64,000 nt of DNA from Psammoneis japonica (lineage: Eukaryota), in the NCBI GenBank assembly GCA_008632985.1, contig QPGO01000257.1:1-64000 (forward strand). Direction: 5' to 3'. This document shows positions 52,990 to 64,000 of the stretch, in pieces. How positions within the stretch are numbered: the stretch's first letter is position 1; every line of letters begins with the position of its first letter. The position numbers and the translations under genes were made by a program. The notes under the pieces were generated by a model that was not told the DNA's origin, ran no database searches, and was given only the letters and a program-made list of their open reading frames with translations.

Positions 52990-55500
52990 TCCAACGCAAA
53001 GCACAGTTTGGTGTTGAAACTTGCCCCTCCACCATGATGGGAACAGCGCCCCAATGTCCAGCACCACATCGCTTCACGCCAGGGGCAGCATCATCTCCAA
53101 TGAGCATGAAAATGTGCTGACCATGAGCGCAGTGCTCTTCAATGATGCCCTCAACACGATTTGGAGCACGCCAGTCACAGAGGACACATTCCCTGCTGGA
53201 GCCACTGTGATGCTCCACTCCATGTTCGACCATTGGCAAGTCAGCACACGCTGCACAATCGTTGGGGTCCAAGTGCTCTGACTGCTTTGCGGCACCAAGT
53301 TTGGACACAGGACAAACAAGATTTCTCAAATCAGGGTGGGGATGAACAATGATTCCTGCGCCAACCAGCATTTGGATGACCAACATCAAACGAAACTCAT
53401 TGATGTCGGCTCCTCTTGGGAATTTCTTGATTGCCAGCCAGAAACGCATCTCCAGCATGGCATGGTGGAAATCCGGAGAGCCGGTGTGATTGTCAATCCA
53501 TTTCAACAAATCAAGAATCACCGCCACCATTTCATCCACAACACCTGACATCTCGAGGCGATCAAGCCAGAGATCGCCCTCTCCCTCAATGTCTGTTTCA
53601 GTGTTGTCGTCAGCAGATTCTCTGGCACCGAGAATGTCTTCAATGTCAGCATCATCAGGGAGAACTTCTTTCTCCAAGTTGGACAAAGAGACCAGGCAGG
53701 TGTGCTTCCAGTTGCTTCTTGCACAGGTGGGTTCATCTGATTTCCTCTTGCGGCCAGTGGCAGAGGAATCTTTGCAGCAGGTCTCAACAAAATTGCAGCC
53801 GCTGGGGTTCAGACGGTGTGGAGCAACTCCTGCATCTCTGGCGGCAGTGCCAAACAGCTTCATGGCCAGTTGACAGCAGACAAGTGCAGGATCGGAACTG
53901 GGTTCAGTCAACTTGTCCCTGTGCTCCATGCCAATGTGGAAGAACCGGTGGAGTCCAGTCTGATGAGAAGCCATGATTGCCATCTTGACAACCTTGTGGA
54001 TTCCAAGCACATCTCGGAGTTGGAACAGGATGGTGACCCCCATTGACAACCACAAATCCTGAATGCAGGAGGTGGGAAACTCCAACCTGTCCATGACAAA
54101 CCAACCAGCCTTGTCGAGTGCCTTTTCCTTGCATGGGCAATGATCATCGAGAAACATGTTCTCGGGATGGCGGTGGCTCCAATCTTTTTGTGGACCATGA
54201 GGACCCTTGTGCGACAAAGAGAACTCCTTGCACGCGCGATTTATGGCTGTGACGTGCTTCAGCATCATTGTCTTCAACAGCAGCAACATCAGATGCTTGT
54301 CAAAATGTTCGCCCGCACACTTCCGGCTGTTGGCAAGGAACTTGACAGAAACAACATTCCCCAACTTGTCCAGGATGAAAAAACACAGGGCTCTGGTCTT
54401 GGTGTGTCCACAAAAAACACAATTTCGATCATCTGGATGAATCTGCGCACCATCAGGCATGATCTCAGCTTGGACAGTGCCAAGCTCATTCCTTGCTGCT
54501 TTGCAACCCAGCCCAGTGCGAAGTGCGGCCCGACACATTGCAGTTCTTGCGGTGTTGTTGCAGGGTCAAGGATTGCCAAAGTGCTCCATCTCCAGCTCAT
54601 CATGGCACCTCTGCATGGAATCGCACACATCCGCAAGCATGGACTTGATCTGATTGCAGATGACGACGTTTTTTTCTTTCTCAAAAATTCCAAAACCGAC
54701 TTGCAGTGATGGGACTTTCTTGCCATTCTTGAGCACATTGTGAGACAGACCACAGCAGCCAAAATCAATCTGGCCCCGTTTGTCTGGCTGCTTGGACCAA
54801 TCTTCGTTGTTTTTCTTGCAGCACATGATCTTCCCGTCATGATTGGGATTGGAACAGCCGTGTTCAAGGACAAAACGGGCAATCATGCCGACATCAACTT
54901 GGAGAGATCCAAAGTGTTTCTGCCAAAGATGGGAGGATGAGCGCAAAATGGCAGCGTCATCCTGAGTGCGCTGACCTCTGGGTGGGACAACTGCTGGCTC
55001 CTGGTCATGATTTGCGGCAGAAGGAAGTGGTTGCATCATCACAAAGGAATGGAGATGATGTCGCAGATCATCAAGTGAGCAACAGTCCACTGGAGAATGA
55101 CGCAGGTTCAACTCACAATTGGCAGATTGCTTGTTGTCATCATCGTCGTAACCCAGATCATAAAAAATGCAAATGCAAGGAGCATGCCTTGAGACATCAG
55201 AAAGGGACGCAAAGCGACAACAATGACCATGGGGGAACCAATCGTCGATTGACGAGGAAGTTTTGTGCTGGCCAATGTGCTTGGCTTTGATGGAGATGCT
55301 GAAGAAGTGACTCCTCCGTGGATGGACCCACAGCACTGGCATTGGGAACATTCTGGATGGGGTGGTCTTCAGTCAATGATTCACCCAATGATGATGACTC
55401 TCCGTCCAACAACGCCTCGACTTTGTCTTCAGCCGAAGGTTGCAACTGGGAGGCAAGTGCACTCATGGAGTGATTGGTGGACGGTGGGGCATCAGCCATG
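52990..55500 (-). pseudogene. Unknown gene P2, paralog of P1
   Basis: ORFs 54566-55351 and 52820-54538. Boundaries approximate. Confidence 0.55.
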
Positions 55501-55802
55501 GTGCCGGTTGGATGAGCGACAGGATTCTGGTTGGTTTCTTTCTTGGATGAAGTGGGCGGATGTGCCAGAGAACCAGCAGACACACTGGAGGACTCCTTGC
55601 TCTTCTCCCTCCTCTTGGTGGAAGAAACAAACTTTGCCTTGGCCGCACGGGAAAGGCATGGATGCGTGAGATCGCGGACACGTGATCGCACAATTGCCAG
55701 GTTGCGGAACTTGAGACAATTTGTGTCCTTGCAGGAACACTTGAAGGTGGAGTAGAGCTCATGCTCAACCAACTCTTGGTGTTTTTGTGCCATGCCTTTT
55801 GC

Positions 55803-56091
55803 CAAAAGACTGACCCAACAGCTGCAGGACAAAGGCATTTGAGGCATTTGGCGAGGGCAAGGCAACACTTTAAGAGCTGTGTTTTGGCTTTGATGGGTTC
55901 ACATGGTGCACTTGTGCCCCCACATTGCTTGCAGCTTTTGCAAGTGCAGAGTTGTTGTGGCTGCACAGCCACAAGCAAGAAACCCACCCAAACCAATGGG
56001 GTTGCTCCTTGTGACATGCAGAGTGCGTGCAAAAGCCACAAGTGCAAGCCATTTGGCAGAAGTGACTTTCTGCTCTGGCACTGTCTGGCAC
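55803..56091. repeat. ~290-bp direct repeat, second copy at 59374-59661
   Basis: Apparently identical sequence. Confidence 0.9.
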
Positions 56092-57199
56092 TTAGGCTTG
56101 ATTCTGGCAGTTACAACAATCAAAGACTGGGGCTGTGAGATCAGCAGAGGGTGTCCAGTCATGAGTCTCGATGAACTTCTGGCAGCGGTGCTGCGTCTCG
56201 ATGATTTTTTTTTAAATTGGGACTTCATTGTGCATGGTCGTCAAGAACAGAAACATCGCTTCCGTCTAAAGAATCGGCACCCACATCATCTTCATTGGGA
56301 TGAGAAAGATCACCAGCACAACCGTCAAGGTCTCCGGATGCAGACGGTGCACTGGCATGATCATTGCCTTGAGCAGATGAGTCGTTGCCACCGGAGCAGT
56401 CGTCAGAGCTGAGATTGACGTCATTGGAGAGGTTTGCCGCCATGTTGGATGATGTCAAAAAAATGTCATTGAGCGAGCCGTCATGGTCTGGAGACGTGAC
56501 AAAGTGGTGCGATGGGCAAGTTTCGCATTCGGCGGCATCCCCAAATGACTCAGAGCCAGAAGAGAGACATTGCTTTCACTTGGGCGTGACTTTGAGATGG
56601 GGCATGGTTGCAACAGCAGGAGAGGAACACCGCCATGGGCTGTCGCGGCATGAACAGAGGACACATGGAAACCACGGACTTGTTGTCACACTCTTTCGCA
56701 GTTCTGCGCAGATTCGCCAAAACCACAGGGGATTGGACCCACAGATCACAAGTGGAAGGGACAAATGCCCCAAACAGGATCGCTCGGGGGAACGGCGCAG
56801 ATGAAAGATTGTGACTCGGCAGAGAGGAGGGGGTTTTGGGGGAGAGCAGAAAAGGGTGGAAAATTTTGTGGAATTGTCAACATCCATCATGAGGATGGAG
56901 ATGCAGAAATTTTGGCAAAAATGCCTTGTTCAACATGAAAATGAACATTTTTCAGCTGGAACGAAGTGCAACTGTCCCCAGTTGAGGGAATGACAGTGCC
57001 GTGTTACTTGGCATTTTGGCACACAAGTCAATGAATGTCAATTAAATGGAATGTGTCGTGGAACAACAAATGCCTGACACTCCAATCTGCAAATTGAAAA
57101 TGAACAAAAATGTTGTCTTTCCAACAAGCAAACATCAATTTCAATCTGGAGTGGGACCCACCAATCTGGGTGTGCACGCGCATGCCATGAGATGGTGGG

Positions 57200-57420
57200 G
57201 TTCGATGACTTGCAACTGAAGGCCTTTTCTGCGGGCCTCTGATGCATGGGAACCAGACTTGCCACCACACTGTCCTTGAGCATTTCCCTGCTTTGCCAAG
57301 GGGGGCCTGTTCCAGGTCATCAATGCTGGCAAAACCCTGACGATTGACACAGCTGCATGTCTGGGGATTGCATCCACAGCGCACAAGAGCAGCACTGAAT
57401 GCCTTGGCAGCAGCCATGGC
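57200..57420 (-). pseudogene. Possible gag-like N-terminal remnant of an LTR retrotransposon
   Basis: MAAAKAFSAALVRCG...QGFASIDDL resembles, from memory only, N-termini of diatom Copia-type gag proteins. No pol or LTR found. Confidence 0.25.
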
Positions 57421-58301
57421 GTGTGACACACAGCTTGCATTTAAAAGTGTGTGTTTGAACTTGAGCAAGTGAAAATCATGTGGAGTTCAGTGCACTTCAG
57501 CGAATGCTGAGAGCAAGCCCATGAGCACGTCAGCTCACCATCTCACATTGCAGTCTGCACTGGTTGATGCAAAACTGATGATGACACACATGCAAAATGC
57601 AGCCACAACAGCAACCTTCACACAAACAATGATGTGATGGCTGCATTGTTGTCCAAATGTTCACATGCTCAGCCAACACATTTCATTCCTGTGATCTGAC
57701 ATGTTGCACTCCAACAACACATTCAACGGATCAATGCTCTGGACTCAAAGAGCATTTCGTTCATGTTCGTGAACACAAATGCATGCAAAGAACTCAGCAA
57801 TTGCACAAGCAACCATGAGACCAACATGGCGCATGCACACAGAAATTGATCAATTGCAATGATGCCATTGTGCCATTTGCAATGCCCATTCTCTTGCTTT
57901 TGTTTTTGTTTCAAGTCAAAAAACCGTTGTGGATTTGCCTCCGCAGCCAATCCATTTTTGTGCTTTTGTTCAACTGTCTTGGGAACAAATGTGATTGAGG
58001 TGTCCTCTTTCAGAACATCCTCTTTCAGAACATCCTCTTTTTTTTCCCAGGCTGCCCAGCCTTTCTCTTCCATTCCGTCTGGCCCTTTTTTGCTGGGGAC
58101 ATGCTTTTCCTTGAACCTCACTTTTCCCAAAATGAAGCAAACAAAAATGCTCCACATGCACTGGCAAGATCACATTTCTCCAAATGCAACCCGCAAGGGA
58201 AAAATGTCTGTTGTTCCATTGACGGCTGTGGTTGTCATGTGCCCAAAAATGCTCCATGTGCAATTTTTGAGAGAAACATGTCTCTCTTGTTCCATTGGTG
58301 T

Positions 58302-58800
58302 CTGTGGTCATTTGTGTGCCCAAAAATGCCCCACATGCATTGTTGACAGCAAAACCTCAAAACGAATTTGGCAAAGCGTGTCAAGCACATGGCATGCGTT
58401 GACTTGTTTTTCTGCAAGACATTGTTGATGTCATGGCCATCGCCTCCTCAGAAGCTGGAAACAAAAGAAAGGGTGAAGCAAAGGAAGCAAGTGGTGAGTC
58501 TGTTGTGTCACAAGAAGTGGAGTTGACCAAGTTCAAAGAGTGTGAAAAGGCCGCTTGGTGTCTGTGGCAATCAATGTGCCCAAAAAAGCTCCGCATGCAT
58601 TGCTGAGAGCAAAATCATCAAACCTTCAATCTCAAAATGAATTTGGTGAAGTGCACCAAGCACACAGCATGCATTGATTCATCTCACTGCAAAACATTGT
58701 TGGCATCATGGCCGCTGCCTCTGCAGAAACTGGAAAGAAGAGAAAGGGTGCTCCTGATGAAGCAAAGGAAACAAGTGGCAAGTCTGTTGTGTTGAAAGGC
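58302..58800. repeat. Diverged ~260-bp tandem duplication
   Basis: ctgtgg...tgtgcccaaaaa...catgcattg...gcaaaggaa at about 58302 and 58562. Confidence 0.7.
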
Positions 58801-59761
58801 ATGGAGGAGATGGATGAGTTTGAAGATGTTGAAAAGGCTGCTGGCAGGGCACATGCAGAAGTCACACACAACAAGTGAGCCTGAAAGCCACAAGATTGAA
58901 CAGGTTGTCGAAGGTGACAAAACCATCTGGCATGTGCCGGAAGATTTTGACAGTGATGACTTTTTCTCTGATGAGGACAACATTTGCATGCCATGTGAAC
59001 TTCCAACTGCAAGCGATCTTCCCAACAAGCTCCACTGCAAAAAGCTTGTTGCAGCAGGTGTGCCCACCGTCTTGGTGAAGACCATCAAGGACTCGACTTG
59101 CAACCCCATTCATTCTTGTTTTGTCCCCAAATGTCTGGACGTGCTTTGTCACATTTCCAACCATGAACACCAGCTTGGCATCAATGTGACAGCTGGCACC
59201 AATGCATGCATCAAAATGTTGAATGAAAACTGATGCAGTTGGCTGTGTGTGCTTCAATGACAAGGTTTGGCAAAAGCGACCATTTTCTCGTGTCACAATC
59301 TTGTGCTTTTCCCTGCATAAATTTGGAACCCATGCTGGCACACCCAAAAAAGCAATGTTGCGCCGATGTCCCCAAAAGACTGACCCAACAGCTGCAGGAC
59401 AAAGGCATTTGAGGCATTTGGCGAGGGCAAGGCAACACTTTAAGAGCTGTGTTTTGGCTTTGATGGGTTCACATGGTGCACTTGTGCCCCCACATTGCTT
59501 GCAGCTTTTGCAAGTGCAGAGTTGTTGTGGCTGCACAGCCACAAGCAAGAAACCCACCCAAACCAATGGGGTTGCTCCTTGTGACATGCAGAGTGCGTGC
59601 AAAAGCCACAAGTGCAAGCCATTTGGCAGAAGTGACTTTCTGCTCTGGCACTGTCTGGCACTTTGCCACCAGGTTTCTCCCTCTGTTGGCTGCCCGCTCA
59701 AGAATGAAACAACCCCCAGATGGCCCCAGTCAACCTGACAGCTGCAGACAGAGGGCAACGG

Positions 59762-61028
59762 GATGGGCTCCAGTCCTGGGTGGGACTCCATGTGACATTG
59801 GTCCCGAAGAATTCTGCGTGCAAGCTGCGCAGCAAATTTGTCAAGCAATGAAAACACAAATGACCGCCAACAGAAAAAGCGGCAAGTTTGTGAATGCTTC
59901 TCCTCCTCCACAATTGCAGCGCATCATTGACAGCTTGCCCGGGCATGTTCTGCAGACATCAACCCTTCAACCACTGGACACAGTGAATGAAGTGATTTCA
60001 GATGTGCGCAACATTTCATTCACGCGATTTTGTTTTGGAACGCACACTCGCCAAAAATCTGGGGGAACCCTTTTTGCAATTTAGAAAGTTCAATGTCAAC
60101 TTTTGACACCGGGCTTTTTGCAAGCTTCATCCATGCATGGAGAGGAGCTAAATCTGAACCTCAAACAATGGAGGCCATCATGAGTTGCTGTCAAAAATGG
60201 AGCATTGACACCACACCCTTGGAGCAAATCTCCGCTGGTGGAAATTTGCTTGCAAAACAAGCAAATGCACGTGGTGCACTTTGCATGGATTGTGTGCGAC
60301 ATGACATTTTTGTGCCATGTTCACTGCATTGTTGCACAAGTGCATGACACGCCACAAATCCTCAAGCAGAGCAAATCTCCACACCCGTGGAGATTTGCTC
60401 CCTGTGGAGATTTGCTCCCCTGGTGGTTGAAAGGGTTAAAGAATGCACCCAGAGCATTTTCATTCTCATGAGTGTTGAAAACAGAAAGCCTTTGGCCTTG
60501 CAAAGTGGGGAGCACGAAACAATTTTGTAGAGTGTCACGCAGAAAACTGCGCGCACGACGCGTTCCAGCCCTAGGTGGGACTCCGTGTGACATTGGGCCC
60601 GTAGAATTCTACGTGCGAGCTCCGTAGTACGAGAATTTAATTAATGGACACATTTATCTTCAACATCAAATAAACGCCCAAGTTTGTGGTACAATTATGC
60701 CTCTTACCACTCGACGTTTTTTGCAACTTCGCCTGCCCTACGCGATTCTTAAGACATTATAGAATCGCGCTGTAACAAAAAATGTCAAAAGTTGTTGGAC
60801 GGATCGCTCAATAAGTGTACCGTAAAATGACACAAAATATCGAAAAAATCACGTAGAAATCTACGTGCGCGACATACGACGAGACTCAAAAAACTGTCGA
60901 TGTCACAGTTCAGCAGTGCGAGGTCCCACCTAGACCTGGAACGCGTCGCACGACGTGCCGTGATCCAAAAAAACTCTTGATGTCACAGCACAGCAGTGCA
61001 AGGTCCCGCCCAGAGCTGGAGCGAGTTG
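59762..61028. mobile_element. Older, longer relative of the MITE family, hosting nested copy A
   Basis: Left end gctccagtcctgggtgggactccatgtgacattgg; right end gatgtcacagcacagcagtgcaaggtcccgcccagagctggagc. The TSD is not clean. Confidence 0.65.
60557..60947. mobile_element. MITE copy A (391 bp, TpA intact)
   Basis: Perfect 12-bp TIR GACGCGTTCCAG, extending imperfectly to GGTGGGAC; TSD GCAC. Confidence 0.92.
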
Positions 61029-62359
61029 TGGGTGCTTTTGGCGCACACAAGGAAGCACATTGAGATCTGTGGTGCAGTGCAGCAAGGGCCGCATGGTCAA
61101 CTTGTGATCTCATGTCATCTCATGCCCGACCCCGGAGGAGAGTTGAGCTTCAAGTTGCAGCTGTGATGAGCGAGGTGGGCAGCTGCAAAAAAGGAAAGAT
61201 TGGTCCAAGAGGGTCAGAGGTGTTTGCCATCAAGGCTGACCACAAAGAGCTCAAGACTCTCCATGCAGCAATGAAGGAAGCTGCCACATTCTTGCAATTT
61301 GAGCAAGCTGCAGATGTGGGGAAGTGCAGTCTTCCCACATGGAATGTGCCATCATCAACGCATCGGTGTCATGGTCATAAAAGGGAGTGCACAGTTGCTT
61401 TTTTCATGTGTGTGTTTTTCAAGTTTGTGCGACCTTCGCAGCTGCGTGTGCCACGTGAAGATTGTTCCTCAAGACGCGCCCCGTCACAACATTTCTGACA
61501 CCCACCATGAGATGGACCCATGATGGTCAGATGAGAAATGTGGGTGTTCGGATCACCAAAGGGACCCCAAAGACACCACAATTTGCACTCAATGCTCGAT
61601 TTCGACCAAATGCACACTTTTTGCCATGCCCGAGTGTTGCCTGGTGAATCCGTGGAGAATTGCACAGTTCTAGCTAGAGTGAGACAAATTAGTTCTACAG
61701 TGATTATGAGCAAAAATGTCCGAAGACAACGTGGGACATTAATGAGTCATTTTTGAAAGAAAGAGTCATTAATAAGTTGTGCAATGTTAATTTTCGTGTA
61801 TTTCTTTAATCCTCATTTATCAACAAATAGTTGCAATGATCACATTTAGTTATTTTCGGGAATGTTCCCAGATCAAAAATTGTTCTGTACAGCACTGTAG
61901 TTCAAGGTGACACACGTCACACCCTTTACAACCCGAAAGGAGACTGCCACTTTGCCATGAGCTAGCAAGCAAGGTCTGACAGTCTCAGAGACAACGACGC
62001 ATCCGCATTATAATCATCGTCGTCCAGATCAGGTTTTGATTTGAAAGCCCTCCAACCAAGAAGAACAGTCATGTTTCATGAAGGACCGTAGAGAACACTC
62101 ATGGGGCGGAACTTTACAAATGATGATTTTAAAAGGCAAGCATCCGCAGAGTGAGCGTTAGTAGGAAGCTTGCCATCAAGGTGTTCATGCGCTTAGCACT
62201 CAGCGTCTCCTTTTCTTTTGGAATAACAACTTCCAACGCAACAGCTCCGAACCAATGCAAAAGTCCCTTAAGAAGCCACTTTTAATTGCCAAGAATTCAA
62301 GGTCGCGAAAGGGTTGCGGTGCCCATTGTTCCATTTTATCCCAACAGAAATACTAGCGT

Positions 62360-64000
62360 TCAATCATTATCTTCCTCCTCGTGCAATGACTCCAGTTGAC
62401 GCTTATTGTCTGTCTCCTCGCTCTCGACTGGTACACCTTTTCGATCAACTGTGTTTGAAGTGGCAACAGAATCATCTTCCGTATTCTTATCGCCGCTTTT
62501 CAATGCTTTCAGCTCTTCGCGCAGAGCCAGATTTTGCATCTCGAGATCATCAATTTTCGTCTGCAATGACGTGGGGTCTGTAGCTGAATGATTTGATCCC
62601 CTTATGCCCCGCCTCAATGAATGGCTCGATGATCCACTGAAAGGTTCAGATACCCCAGTAATACGGACGGAGGAAGAATCATTTGGCAATCGCACTGACG
62701 GAGTGCTAGACCTACTTGTATTCAAGCGTCTAGTAGGAAAGTACTTCTCTTGAAGTACCCGATAAATCTTGGGCCAAATAACCATGACTGGCGTAGAAGT
62801 AGAAAGCACGAACACAAAGAAAACCCGAGTAAGGTAGGCGGCATCCTTGGACACGTCGTCAAGCACGAAAATGAGTGGTAGACCGACCAACCATGACTGA
62901 AGGTGTGCGAATACAGCGAAGAAGACCCACATGGATTCAGAATATTCAGACTGTATTTCTCTTGTTTTCCATGCGACAACCATTGTCATTACGGTGATCG
63001 TGGCAAGCAGGGCAAGCAATGGAACTACCCATGCGGCCAAGTTTGTATCAACAGTCTGACAGTCTCCGTAGGTAATTTCTCTACCGGCGGAATCCGGGTC
63101 AAGAAATCTTCGCACCCATGACAATGGATCAACCAACTGCCAAACAATAAGTACCACAAGGCAGAGTGTGACAAGTACAAGAAACGGTATCATTGCCCGG
63201 GTCACCGTAACAGTTCTTCGTCGAATAGAAAAAATCTTTTTTATCCTCCAGAGTTTGCAATACATCGCGCAGTACATCACCATGTAGCCTATGGTGAAGA
63301 ACCATGGTACGGCTGCGCATCCCCTGTTCAGCTTCGTTTGAGACCATCCATCGCTCTCATCGAACGACACGAACATAACTGATGACATGAGTACCGAGGA
63401 CCCAACGCACAGCAAACCAAGAAAGAAAGGTTGAGATGCCTTGAGAATACTGGTATTTCTCTTCCAGATAACCCATACCAAATAAGAAAATGAAATAACG
63501 TATGATAGAGCCACAAGCATAAACCCAGCCATTTGTACAGAGTTGGAAAGAAAGTTTGGCTCTATGACGGTTACCAGCACCTCCGGCTCATCTGGGGTCC
63601 CGTCGTAGTAAAGGAATTCGGCGACTTCAGTCCACTCTCCTCTTTCGTACAGAGATGATAGCACTGCCTCGATCCTGGGAAACATGGAAGTGAAATAGGC
63701 CTTTTGAAATGATATCTAAAAATAGCATTGACGTGTTCCAGGAACGTACCTTCCTCCATCAGACCTCAAATTGTAAATTCCAAACCTAGAATCGTCACTG
63801 CTAACTTTCCCATCAACCATTTCCACTTCTCCTGAAGCACCGTCAAAACTAAATTCTCCACGTTTCAAGAAATCTTCTTTGCTACAGGTTCTCAAACAAT
63901 GGGTTATTACCGCATCATAGACAAAGGATGAATATGGCACGGGATCATTAGATTGGAAGAAATCCGACTCGGCAGGAGTGAAATCGGGCATGCCACGCTG
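62360..64000 (-). CDS. Class C (GABA-B receptor-like) G-protein-coupled receptor, 5'-partial; intron 63675-63749
   Basis: ORF 62360-63685 has seven hydrophobic segments with 7tm_3-like motifs (ILKASQPFFL, CKLWRIKKIF, YSESMWV, IWPK) and a C-terminal coiled-coil-like stretch. The upstream exon (YDAV...FDGASGEV) resembles the end of a periplasmic-binding/ANF-type ectodomain. A 75-bp GTACGT...CCCAG intron joins the two in frame (DGGR|IEAV). TpA and Tyr content are normal. Confidence 0.88.

Larger units (their letters stand above)
1..61670. other. TpA-depleted hypermutated repeat island
   Basis: TA is very rare throughout except in MITEs. Long ORFs (20-1816, 21249-23651, 52820-54538) show no Tyr but abundant Cys and His. 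TA returns at about 61670 (ttctagctagag, aattagttctacag). Confidence 0.92.

Noticed and set aside
1..61670. Hundreds of overlapping ORFs in all six frames, suggesting dense or antisense coding or an alternative genetic code
   Set aside because: Loss of TA removes TAA and TAG on both strands and inflates ORF length; the neighbouring GPCR uses the standard code normally.
61100..61700. Copia RNase H, PPT or LTR remnant
   Set aside because: Only a vague resemblance (KLWCLWGP; ggtgggTGTCAG); no second LTR or catalytic motifs.
56994..61898. Tc1/mariner-like element bounded by CAGTGC(C/T)GT inverted ends
   Set aside because: The match is only ~9 bp, the left side has no TA TSD, and it is plausible by chance.

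Overview
Eukaryotic DNA: it has spliceosomal GT-AG introns, and the gene content and class C GPCR are most like a diatom or other stramenopile (inference). About 61.6 kb of the window is a repeat island, and an ordinary host gene begins at the right edge (GABA-B-like class C GPCR, minus strand, 62360 to beyond 64000). The island has two main properties. (1) TpA dinucleotides are almost absent. Comparing copies shows they were mutated to TpG or CpA independently in each copy, so Tyr codons became Cys or His and TAA/TAG stops disappeared. This is the opposite direction to fungal RIP. It stops near 61670, and one apparently young MITE (60557-60947) has escaped it. (2) The island is built from same-orientation copies of a large intron-containing element. 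The copies share one precise right end (reconstructed ...CCCAAATACACTATATATAA) but have variable left ends. They carry a hairpin/iteron-like module and divergent paralogous genes of unknown function, some with weak motif hints of a rolling-circle initiator and of DNA-base-modifying enzymes. Also present: a ~390-bp MITE family with 4-bp TSDs, a 2.7-kb inverted duplication, a deletion filled with telomere-like repeats, mini- and microsatellites, and a 611-nt assembly gap. Most short overlapping ORFs in the track are artefacts of stop-codon loss. All counts and alignments were done by eye.
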